From an uncultured Verrucomicrobiae bacterium (GTDB taxonomy: Bacteria; Verrucomicrobiota; Verrucomicrobiia; Chthoniobacterales; JAFAMB01): DNA of 64,000 nt. The notes below the pieces were generated by a model. That model was given only the letters and a program-made list of their open reading frames with translations. It did not search any database and was not told where the DNA came from. Of this stretch, positions 40,931 through 49,728 are shown one piece after another. Each line of letters opens with the position of its first letter. Within the stretch, counting starts at the first letter, position 1. The translations under genes were made by a program, and so were the position numbers. The stretch lies in contig CAVXLD010000003.1 in assembly GCA_963762565.1 (NCBI GenBank), forward strand, positions 480,001 to 544,000, given 5' to 3'.

Positions 40931-41083
40931 TACGGAATCGCAAAATTCTACGGCACTAAAGGCAATATTTCAGAAGATCCAGTGGTCATTATGAAAGATG
41001 ATGCTGTTGCTGTTTTTGGATAATGTGCGCAGCGAAAGAGAGTTGATGCGGATTATCCCGGAACGACTCGATTACATGTGGTT
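40931..41083 (+). pseudogene. Fragment of a diverged IS1182-family transposase
   Basis: Translates with one frameshift to FYGTKGNISEDPVVIMK/MMLLLFLDNVRSERELMRIIPERLDYMWF, matching copy 1 YGRRGNKSVPPEVIVRMMLLLFLDDIKSERELMRIIPERLDYLWF. Confidence 0.85.
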
Positions 41084-41387
41084 TTCGATTTCGACGCGAT
41101 AGATCGAGTTGGCGAGCGAAGTTAATCTGAGGGCCGAGCCACTAAGGAACGGCTCCTTATGAATGATTCTATCCCCATCATGCCCTCGTCCTTTTGCAGT
41201 GAGGTTAGCAGCTGTCTTAAGCTTTGCGCCTTTGCGTCTTTGCCTGAGATTTTCTGTGCTTTGGCTGCGGCTAAGCTGCTTTGTGGCCTTCTGTTTGAAA
41301 GCTGATTGGGCAACGAGCCCTCAAGAAACGACCCTGTTCGCCGGTCCCGGCGATTTGCTATTTGCTGTAGGCGCAGCGCCGGCGCCG

Positions 41388-41699
41388 CTACCAGTATTTC
41401 TCGTCCATCATTCTTCGCCCAACGGCCTCGAGATCGTTTGGCATCAGTTGAACATTGTGCGCCACCTGGACTAGGAATTGGTCGATCGGCATTTTTCGCC
41501 GTTGCTTGCCGGGTCGCTCGGTCTTTTCTTCGCAACCCCTACAAAGAAAAATGGGCTTTAGAACTTTTTCCGGTTCCGCACTAGGAGCCTCCAGAATCGC
41601 GACGCCGTCCTTGTGGTCCTTGATCAGCCCACCGCAACCGTCGCAAGTTATTTCCGGGATTGGATTCCCGGCCTTATCCAACTGAAGTACGATTGCCAT
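41388..41699 (-). CDS. Small protein with two CxxC motifs (putative zinc-binding)
   Basis: CDGC and CRGC; likely start MAIVLQ at 41699. Confidence 0.55.
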   Translation of the reverse strand: MAIVLQLDKAGNPIPEITCDGCGGLIKDHKDGVAILEAPSAEPEKVLKPIFLCRGCEEKTERPGKQRRKMPIDQFLVQVAHNVQLMPNDLEAVGRRMMDEKYW

Positions 41700-41794
41700 A
41701 TGTGAGCTTACGTTACCCAATTTCATCGGCAACCGGATACCGAAGCTCGGAAACGAACCGCAGCCCCGAAATTCTCCGGGGTGAAATGGACGCA

Positions 41795-41923
41795 GAACCT
41801 GTCGCGCCGTAGGCCTTTGCGGAGGCGGAACCTGTCGCGCCGTAGGCCTTTGCGGAGGCGGAACCTGTCGCGCCGTAGGCTGCGGAGGCGGAACCTGTCG
41901 CGCCGTAGGCCTTTGCGGAGGCG
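41795..41923 (+). repeat. Tandem repeat, 4 units of 33/33/30/33 bp (GAACCTGTCGCGCCGTAGGCCTTTGCGGAGGCG)
   Basis: Direct, spacer-less units; single copies of the unit at ~3650 and ~10384 (reverse). Confidence 0.9.
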
Positions 41924-42179
41924 GATTTACGCAGATGATGAGGTCCGGACGACCAATACGGTATAGCGAAACACGCTGCGGATCGTGGAACACTCTGAAA
42001 ACGGGAAAGATCCGCAGATTACACAGATTACGCAGATTTCGTTTTGAGCTTTGATACGGCCGGCCATACAAATAAATCTTTCGTACCGACAAGTTCTCTC
42101 TTGCGCTGTCGCGCGACTCAGATTGAAAGCGAAATCTGCGGTTCGTTTTCTGTTTTCGCGGCTATGGTTGTCTTCGGCG

Positions 42180-43064
42180 ATGAAACCGAAACTGGCTGCT
42201 TTTCCCAAGTGCTTCATACAAGAACTCTGTGTTCGACACACGATGACGCTGGTCGATTGGATCGAAATGGCGTCCACTCTTGCGGTCGATGGGCTTGAAT
42301 TTTATTCCGGGTTCTTGAACGACGATCAGGCGTTTCTCGGCCAGGTGAAAGATCGCCTGCAAAAGCATGGGTTAGAAATGCCGATGCTGTGTTGTTCACC
42401 GGATTTTACGCAGCCGGATCCCGAACTGTTGAATGTAGAAATCGAACGGGAAAAGCGGATGATCGAGCTGACTGCATTTCTTGGAGGAAAGTTTTGTCGC
42501 GTACTTTCAGGCCAACGCTATCCAGGTCTGTCGCGTGAAGCCGGCGTATCTCAGGTAGTAAAAATTATCAAGTCACTGTTACCTTTTGCAGAGAAGCAGG
42601 GGGTCGTCCTAACCCTGGAGAACCACTATAAAGATAGCTTTTGGCGGTACCCCGAGTTCGCCCAAAAGATGGATGTTTTCCTGGAGATTGTGGAACAGAT
42701 CGATTCGCCTTGGTTCGGAGTGAATTTCGATCCTTCCAACACGATGTTAGCCGGTGAAGATCCAATCCAACTCCTTACAAGGATTAAACATCGGGTGGTA
42801 TCGATGCATGCCAGCGACCGTTATCTCACCAGCGGCACGCTCGAAGATTTACGTAAAGAAGAGAACGAGATCGGCTACGCCAACCGCCTGGCGCATGGCG
42901 TCATCGGGAAGGGACTTAATGACTATGACACTATCTTCACAATATTGCGTGAAGTTGGATTTAACTCATGGATCTCTATCGAAGACGGGATGCACGGGAT
43001 GGACGAACTGAGTGAGTCAGTGCGCTTCTTGAGGTCAAAAATAGATCAATATTTCGGCGCCTAA
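42180..43064 (+). CDS. Sugar phosphate isomerase/epimerase (xylose isomerase-like TIM barrel)
   Basis: DGLEF, LTLENH, VNFDPSN, SMHASD, WISIED metal ligands; ATG at 42180 chosen as start. Confidence 0.88.
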   Translation: MKPKLAAFPKCFIQELCVRHTMTLVDWIEMASTLAVDGLEFYSGFLNDDQAFLGQVKDRLQKHGLEMPMLCCSPDFTQPDPELLNVEIEREKRMIELTAFLGGKFCRVLSGQRYPGLSREAGVSQVVKIIKSLLPFAEKQGVVLTLENHYKDSFWRYPEFAQKMDVFLEIVEQIDSPWFGVNFDPSNTMLAGEDPIQLLTRIKHRVVSMHASDRYLTSGTLEDLRKEENEIGYANRLAHGVIGKGLNDYDTIFTILREVGFNSWISIEDGMHGMDELSESVRFLRSKIDQYFGA

Positions 43065-43378
43065 GGAAAGGTTAGCTTTGTCCCGGAGTGACTGGATGAT
43101 AGTAGCCCGACTCCGCAAGGCCTACGTCGCGATCGCTGGGGTTGGTCGTGCAAAATCAAAAGCTTCGGGTGCGCCGTAGTCTGCGAAGGCGACCTGGCAG
43201 TTTACTGCCTGGAATAGGTAAGAAAAATGAGTCCGTCTCGTAGAGATGGTTTGATCTCATTGGTTCTGGTGCGGCTTCATTTGGCATATCAAGATCCGGC
43301 AGGCTGAATCACACCGTCCCTACGGGACGAAGACATCCGGGCCCTTAGGTTGACGCGCGTGGGCAGCCACCGGACCGG

Positions 43379-43828
43379 TCAGTCGAGGATAGCGCCGGTG
43401 AGGTACTGTTCGAGGTTATCGATCGTCTCTGCCTGGGCCGAAATGAGGCACTTAACCAGATCACCGATCGAGAGAACTCCGACCATCTTAGCTCCTTTTA
43501 TGACCGGCAGATGTCGCACCCGCTCTTCGGTCATAACTCGCATGCAATCGACCACCGAGTCGGTCGGATCTGCGGTTACGAGATCCTGAGTCATTATCTC
43601 CTCCACGCGAGTCTCCTGTGAGGATTTTCCCTTGAGGATGACTTTCCGGGTATAATCGCGCTCGGAGATGATTCCAATCAGCCTGTTGTTTTCTAACACC
43701 GGGAGGGCTCCGATGTTTTTGTCCGCCATCAAGGCGATGGCGTCGAATACCATCGCGGTTGGTGCTATCGACCACACGGTCGAGCCCTTTCGCGCCAGAA
43801 TCCCGCTGATCGTGCCAGCGATTTTCAT
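43379..43828 (-). CDS. CBS domain protein
   Basis: NIGALPV...GIISERDY, VRHLPV...GVLSIGDLVK. Confidence 0.92.
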   Translation of the reverse strand: MKIAGTISGILARKGSTVWSIAPTAMVFDAIALMADKNIGALPVLENNRLIGIISERDYTRKVILKGKSSQETRVEEIMTQDLVTADPTDSVVDCMRVMTEERVRHLPVIKGAKMVGVLSIGDLVKCLISAQAETIDNLEQYLTGAILD

Positions 43829-43908
43829 GTGTTACCTTCGGCCCGGCGGAGGAAGGATTCAAAAACAATCTGGGGGCTGAAAGAAAAATCGATCCCGCGG
43901 CGCTAACT

Positions 43909-44415
43909 CTAATGTAAGCCGCTTAGCTGTCGCTTTACTTTGTGGCCGGTTACAATGTCGGTGGGGTCTGCCTTGGTACCTTGGACGGTTACTTCTATCC
44001 AATCAGGAGGGGAGATCGTGAAATCGCGCTTAATAATCGGTCCGGTAAAATTATCTAACTGCAGGAATTTGTTGGTTGTGCGGTTGTAAAAGTAGGTTTG
44101 CCAATTCCATGGGGAATGGCCGCCGGAACTGGCCGTGCTGCACACGAAGAACTGGGAATCTGGTGTCCAGGCCGTCTTCTGAAGATTCCGGCCGTTGGAT
44201 TGGGTACTCGACCGGAAATTGTCGGTAGCAAGAACGCGATTACTTACATCGTGAATTTCGACGACAGATTCATTCAGGGGGGAAGGATTCCCGAACGACG
44301 AGATACAGGCCATCAGCTTTTGGTCCGGTGATGTTACTCCATCACAATTCCACTGAGATTGATGAGCGCAGCCCGCCGATAAAGTTATCAAGAGCAGGGG
44401 TAGAAAGGGGCGCAT
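43909..44415 (-). CDS. Hypothetical lipoprotein
   Basis: MRPFLPLLLITLSAGC lipobox; WTPDSQFFV...SSGGHSPW. Confidence 0.65.
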   Translation of the reverse strand: MRPFLPLLLITLSAGCAHQSQWNCDGVTSPDQKLMACISSFGNPSPLNESVVEIHDVSNRVLATDNFRSSTQSNGRNLQKTAWTPDSQFFVCSTASSGGHSPWNWQTYFYNRTTNKFLQLDNFTGPIIKRDFTISPPDWIEVTVQGTKADPTDIVTGHKVKRQLSGLH

Positions 44416-44951
44416 ACAAACTGCCAACAACCTGCCACGGGTTGATAGGAACGCCAATACTAAATAGGGTGGAATACCTTGATTGTGAGTCACTTATAGG
44501 CAATGCTACGCTCTATGTTGCCAACCGCTCGGAGTCGGCCTCGCAAGCGAGGCGCGCTCCACAACCAGGCGTTGGCGAAGTCGGAAGGGCTTGGATCAAA
44601 TGGCGAGATGCCGAGGCTCTGATGCGAGCTTATGCCGGCGGGGCGGTAGGGGGGAGCGCATTAAATGAGGATCTGCCTTCGGCGCTCCTCGATCTAATAA
44701 AGGAGCAAAAAGAGTATCTCCAGAGCCTCCTTGAAGGCAGTTAGCAAGGAGCTCGGAGCTAGAATCTAGGAGCTAGGAGGCGGTGTCGCGGCTCCATCGT
44801 AATCGTCGTCCTTCCGCCTTCGCCAACGTCCCGGTTGTGGAGCGCGCCTCGCTTGCGAGGCCGACTTCCAGCGGTTGGCTACATAGACCCTGGGCTACGG
44901 CGAACAGGCTGTCCTCATTGGGGCGTGGCACGTCGATTCGATAGGCGGTTC

Positions 44952-45237
44952 CCAGCGCCTGGAGGGGAGCCGCTTTGGCGCGAAGCAGACGGCCTCGCAA
45001 TAGTTGTTTCAGCGCTCAATCCGGCTGAGAAATGTCGCAACAGGCGGCTCCCGGGAATAACCCAGGGCAATGTTTTATCTGTGGCTCGGGATCGTTTACA
45101 CCTGGCCACAAAGCTGCGAAGCGCTGGATTATTCCCGGGAGCCGCCTGTTTTTGCACGTTTCGGCCGGATTAGTGTTGGGACGAATTCGCGAGGGTGGAA
45201 AGGTAATGCGCCAAAGCGGCTCCCCTCCAGGCGCTGG
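44952..45237. repeat. Nested-IR MITE-like unit (~285 bp)
   Basis: Outer arms CCAGCGCCTGGAGGGGAGCCGCTTTGGCGC / inverse; inner arms AACAGGCGGCTCCCGGGAATAA / inverse. Confidence 0.82.
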
Positions 45238-45519
45238 ACAGCTTGCCGACCGGAAGGAGTTAGCACTGATGTGTAACAGCCTAATCGGAATAAATCCGTT
45301 TGGCCCTCGGCCCGCATAGTGACGATCTTTATCGCCAATCCAGGGAGGGCTTCGGCTAATTTGTCCCGTAGTTCGTTAACTCTGGAATCGATGTCCCAGC
45401 TCGAGACTCCTTTCGTTTGCCCTACGCGGATTTTCGTCACCCGGAGTACATTGGACTTTTCGTCGGATTCCACCCTGATTATGCTTGGAGGGGAAAGGAA
45501 ACGTAGGGGGCGAGAGTAA

Positions 45520-45749
45520 CTGCGGCGGTCAATCGAAATCTCCGAGCGATCGACACATCGGCAGCTATGGCGAGAGCGCGGCCGCTGGCTTCTATGAATC
45601 GTTTCGACCACAGAAGCCGCCTCTTCAGCGCGTTCGCGATAGTTCACGGCGACCCCGGCACCCAAGTTAGCGAGCGCTAAAGCAATCGCCTTGCCGATGC
45701 CGCGCGAGCCGCCGGTGACCAACGCAATCCGGTTATTTAATCCTGACAT
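45520..45749 (-). pseudogene. SDR oxidoreductase (FabG-like), N-terminal fragment
   Basis: IALVTGGSRGIGKAIALALA..GAGVAVNY; frameshifted and truncated after ~60-70 codons. Confidence 0.8.
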
Positions 45750-46069
45750 TTCGAAGAAACTTTCACAGCAAGATCGCAAAGGCCACAAAGACTTCTTTAA
45801 ACAGGAGGCTTTGACGACAACCGCGAATGGACCCGCGTTCGCAAGGCCGACGGCGTGGCAGGCCGCGAATTAACAACCAATACAAACCCAACCGCAGATT
45901 AAGCAGATGTACGCAGATTATAGTCAGGGGCGTAGCCGGAGCCCAGAGTCAAAATCTGCGTAAATCTGCGTCCATTTCACCCCGGAGAATTTCGGGGCTG
46001 CGGTTTCTTTTCCCTTTGTCGCGTTCCATACGCAGTTCTCGTCGGCTGGGGAGCGCCTTCCTTAGCGCT

Positions 46070-46501
46070 TCATTGCGCCTCGTCTGGAAGGGTTGCTTCC
46101 GGATCTCCCGGCCGATGGAACGCCTGAAAGTTTGCCACATCCAGCGTATAGATGCGGTCAGCTTTGGCTTTGCGTGCTGCCGCGAGGTGCAGATAGTCGT
46201 AAATCGCGGCACCGCGTACTCCGTGCAAGGGAGCCTCTTTAAGGCTGGCGATCAGTTCTCTGGCGGACAGCGTAACTACTTCAACATTAGGGAGCACGCT
46301 TTGCTCAAGGAGCTGGATCGCGATTTCTGGCGACACTCGAAAACCTAATCGACCGCCGGTTAAAACACTGTAGACTTCGCCTAGGGCATGCGCATAGACA
46401 TGCTTCCGAGGCGGATCAAGCAACTGTCCACAGGCATCATGGTGCAGCTCAGCCTCAACCAGAGCGGCGATCAAAACCGATGAATCTAACGCCGCACTCA
46501 T
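46070..46501 (-). CDS. PIN-domain toxin (VapC-like)
   Basis: LDSSVLIA, EVYSVLT, IYDYLH, IYTLD; ATG at 46501 overlaps the antitoxin stop. Confidence 0.88.
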   Translation of the reverse strand: MSAALDSSVLIAALVEAELHHDACGQLLDPPRKHVYAHALGEVYSVLTGGRLGFRVSPEIAIQLLEQSVLPNVEVVTLSARELIASLKEAPLHGVRGAAIYDYLHLAAARKAKADRIYTLDVANFQAFHRPGDPEATLPDEAQ

Positions 46502-46779
46502 CTTGATCGACGCACCCGTCGAATAACCTGTTGGTCTTGATCCTCGCGGTCTGCTTGGATGGCTTCGGCTGCATTTAGGCCTTTGGGCGGACCAACGATG
46601 ACCAGGCGGTCGCCCCGCCGAGTCACCTTTACCTGGTCGTCCGCCTGGGGCGATAGTTCGATTTTGCTGGCCGAAACCTTTAACATCAACTTCGCGCCCC
46701 CTCGCAAGTGGAGGAGTTCCCGGACCGTCTTTGGCAAGACGATACGTCCGGCTGAGTCCATAGTTATGGTAACGTCCAT
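46498..46779 (-). CDS. AbrB/MazE-type antitoxin (VapB-like)
   Basis: TITMDSAGRIVLPKTVRELLHL swapped-hairpin motif; upstream of the PIN gene. Confidence 0.88.
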   Translation of the reverse strand: MDVTITMDSAGRIVLPKTVRELLHLRGGAKLMLKVSASKIELSPQADDQVKVTRRGDRLVIVGPPKGLNAAEAIQADREDQDQQVIRRVRRSR

Positions 46780-46780
46780 A

Positions 46781-46806
46781 CCATAAATTGTGCCATGGAT
46801 TATGGT
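46781..46806. promoter_or_regulatory. Putative TA autoregulatory operator (CCATAA-N14-TTATGG)
   Basis: Inverted repeat immediately upstream of the antitoxin start. Confidence 0.45.
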
Positions 46807-47436
46807 TTACGGCAATCCGACCAGCCAGACGGCAAGACAAGACACATTTGAACGGGAGACTTCGACAGCTGGATGACTGCCCGACGGCCATCCGCGTCAC
46901 TAGTCCGCCCAGACCAGATCTCAGAATTCTGGCGGGACGAACATGAAGACAGGTTGATTATCCGCAGATTAACGCAGCCCCGAAATTCTCCGGGGTAAAA
47001 TTACGCAGATTACGGTTTGGGCTCGGGCTCGGCTTTGTCAGATAAATAGATCTTTGTGGCTGGATCAGGTTTTAGTAACCCTGGGCAACGTCCGAACCGA
47101 AAACCGAAATCTGCGTAATCTGCGGATATTAAAAACCCGATCCAACGCTTAATCCGGAGCTGCAACACTTGCCCGACCGCCATCCGCGTCTCTCTGCGGT
47201 TAGGCTTTCATTTGCGCTCTTTTGTTTCGATCGGTGGGTACCGCGGAAGCCTTCTGTTTAAAGTCTGTCTTTGTGGCCTTTGTGATCTTCCTGTGAAATT
47301 TCAGATCCGGTTCGACGAGAGGGCGGAACTAGCTTGACGCCGGGGCATTTTCCCGATGGAATCTTGGATAGCTTTAACTTCCAAACGGGTCCTCGGTTTG
47401 GCGGTTGTTTTGCTTCCAAAAAAGGGAACCCCCTCC

Positions 47437-48297
47437 ATGAAGATAAGTATTAGTTTCAATAAGAGGCTGCTTATTCGCGCCCTCTGTCTACTCTCAATTA
47501 CTGGTGCCGCGGTTTTGGCCATGCCAACACGGGCCGGCGCCCAGCTCTATGTCAGTCAAGTGCAAGCAGGGATTGTGAGCGAATACAATGCGAGCACCGG
47601 AGCACTCATCAAGGCCGACTTCATAACCGGGCTGAACACCCCTAACGCTCTCTTGCTGTCCGGCAGCGATCTTCTGGTTGCGAACGAAGCCGGATCAGTC
47701 GGTAAATACAACGCATCAACAGGGGCGGCCATTAATCAGAGCTTTATCACGGGCACGAACTTCCAGCCGATCGGCCTTGCCTTGTCGGGTACAGACCTGT
47801 TCGTGGCGAACATCTCCAACGCCACGGTCGGCAAATACAATGCCAGCACGGGCGCGGCGATTAAGGTGCCTTTCATCAAGAAGCTGCCAGCCGCCAGCAG
47901 TATCGGACTCGGAGTGTTCAACACCATTCTTTTCGTGGCGGAAGAGGGCCAGAGCAAGCTTGACAAATACGCCATCTCCACCGGAGCGGCAAAGGCAGCG
48001 CTGACGCTGAAGAAGCCGAATCCGTATGGGGTTGCGGTCTTGAACGACGACCTTTTTGTGACCAGCTTGAGCGCCGGCACAATTAGTGAATACAACGTCA
48101 AGACGGGAGCGGCGATTAAAGCTAGCTTCATTACCGGGCTGAATTTTCCGACCCAAATCGCTATACTAAACGATACCCTCTACGTGGTTAACTATGGCGG
48201 CGGTACGGTTGGTGAATACAATGCCAAAACGGGAGCAGTGATTAACGCCAGCCTCATCTCGGGACTAACCGCACCTTGGGGAATCGCCGTTCAGTAG
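47437..48297 (+). CDS. Secreted beta-propeller repeat protein (NHL/virginiamycin-lyase-like)
   Basis: Signal peptide; six ~42-aa repeats of LFVAN....VG.YNA.TGA.I...FITGL..P. Confidence 0.82.
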   Translation: MKISISFNKRLLIRALCLLSITGAAVLAMPTRAGAQLYVSQVQAGIVSEYNASTGALIKADFITGLNTPNALLLSGSDLLVANEAGSVGKYNASTGAAINQSFITGTNFQPIGLALSGTDLFVANISNATVGKYNASTGAAIKVPFIKKLPAASSIGLGVFNTILFVAEEGQSKLDKYAISTGAAKAALTLKKPNPYGVAVLNDDLFVTSLSAGTISEYNVKTGAAIKASFITGLNFPTQIAILNDTLYVVNYGGGTVGEYNAKTGAVINASLISGLTAPWGIAVQ

Positions 48298-48464
48298 CCC
48301 CCTGACACCCTGGCGTGAGAGGTGAGAGGTGATCGGGGGAGGCGCGAAGCGCTGGCCCGTGGAGCGTTGCCTCGCTTGCGAGGCCGTGTGAGCAGCGCCG
48401 GACCGCACATCAGGTCCTTATTTTTTTGCGCTCTATGTTATAGCTCAAAAGCTTTGTCTTCGTT

Positions 48465-48878
48465 CTACGGCCCGCCGTCGTTAACTATGCGTTCAACCTG
48501 CGGTACAACGGACGGGTCACCGAACTTCTTTTGTAGGGCGTCAGCCAGATCTTTGACGAAAGTCTTTCCTTCTGCCGATCGCGACGAAGTGTCAATGCTT
48601 ATGTCATAAAAATACTTGCGTGCCTCGGGAGTTGGAAACGAAACGAGCGCGACGACGTTCCCCCGCCTTACGTTTATGCGCCGCCAATTGCCGCCTTGCG
48701 GTAAGCCTTTGGGAGGCAGACTATCAACGGAAACTCCGTTCAACCTACTGACCACGGCAATGACTTCACCCCGTCCAAGGGGTTCCAGGCGGAGCACATT
48801 TACGCCACTCCTCCAGCCGAGCATACATCCTGACAGGAATCCACACAGGAGAAGTAGCGGAACCATTTTTTTGATCAT
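48465..48878 (-). CDS. Hypothetical lipoprotein
   Basis: Lipobox LSGC after a hydrophobic stretch. Confidence 0.6.
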   Translation of the reverse strand: MIKKMVPLLLLCGFLSGCMLGWRSGVNVLRLEPLGRGEVIAVVSRLNGVSVDSLPPKGLPQGGNWRRINVRRGNVVALVSFPTPEARKYFYDISIDTSSRSAEGKTFVKDLADALQKKFGDPSVVPQVERIVNDGGP

Positions 48879-48886
48879 ACCTACAA

Positions 48887-49285
48887 CTACAACTCGCTCA
48901 TGGGAGTTCTCAGATACACCACGATATCGACCAGACGATTGCTCTCGTCGAAGCCGTACTCCGCTTTTACGCTGTAAGTAGTCAGACCGAAAAGGACCCT
49001 GTAGGTAGACTCAAAACCGAGTCGTTTGACACCAATAGAGGTCACTTCACGTCCTCGGTTCGCCAGATAACGGTACCGATAGACGGGTTGGGTCTGAACG
49101 AGTGGCAATATCGATGGCTCGTGCTCTCGAGCTTCCTTTTCCGCAAATTGTAAGACGGTCCTGAATGGAGTGCCGGCCGGGGTGATTGCCAAAAGCTGTT
49201 GCCTAACGGATTCACTGCTGCTCAGGAATCCTACGCGAAGCGTGTCAGCTCGCTCTTTGCGGCATCCGACAATTAAAGCAAACAA
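48887..49285 (-). CDS. Hypothetical protein (possible lipoprotein, start uncertain)
   Basis: IVGC motif near the N-terminus; 8 nt from the next gene. Confidence 0.5.
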   Translation of the reverse strand: MFALIVGCRKERADTLRVGFLSSSESVRQQLLAITPAGTPFRTVLQFAEKEAREHEPSILPLVQTQPVYRYRYLANRGREVTSIGVKRLGFESTYRVLFGLTTYSVKAEYGFDESNRLVDIVVYLRTPMSEL

Positions 49286-49685
49286 GAGGGCGGAGCTTAC
49301 AACGCTGAGAAACGGATTCGTCGGTAGCCAAATGGCTCTGCGGATTTACGGCGCACGTCGCCACTCTATTTTACCGGCTTCGGCTTCGGAAATCAGAAAA
49401 ATAGGGCGTTTCTATTGACAAAAATGATAGTGCGTCTAACGCGGCGGAGCGGTGGGGTATTTAAGTCTGGCAGCTGCCATAGGCGTCAAGTTAACAGGCG
49501 GTGTGCACGCACCACCCCTTGCGGAGGGGAGCCGCATTAAAATCGTTCCGTCCTTGGACCGAGAAAAAGGAATTATGGCGAGGTGGGCCGAAACGCGTGG
49601 ACTGCTGCGGCTCCCTGTGCGCGCGGAACAACCTAGAGACGTTTTCAACCCCAGATTGTAACTACAGCGCAGTTCGGGGAGAGGG

Positions 49686-49716
49686 TCGAACGACGCGCTG
49701 ATGGCGCGTCGTTCGA
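49686..49716. terminator. Perfect 13-bp hairpin (TCGAACGACGCGC-TGATG-GCGCGTCGTTCGA)
   Basis: 12 nt downstream of the stop of gene 49729-50616; no U-tract. Confidence 0.55.
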
Positions 49717-49728
49717 GGATTGGTAAGA

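Noticed and set aside
41795..41923. 33-bp direct repeats as a CRISPR array
   Set aside because: Units are contiguous with no spacers, and no cas genes are in the window.
41700..42092. N-terminal part of the 234-aa ORF 41388-42092 (PPPQRPTARQV repeats)
   Set aside because: It is a translation of non-coding tandem and nonamer repeats; the plausible gene starts at 41699.
45129..45788. Intact 219-aa SDR
   Set aside because: Similarity stops after the Rossmann motif region, and the rest runs through unrelated and repeat DNA.
49430..49690. Group II intron or guanidine-I (ykkC) riboswitch
   Set aside because: Only short resemblances (GTGCG, GTTCGGGGAGAGGG, GTTCCG...GGACCGAG). There is no domain V catalytic triad helix, no RT ORF and no riboswitch 3' consensus.
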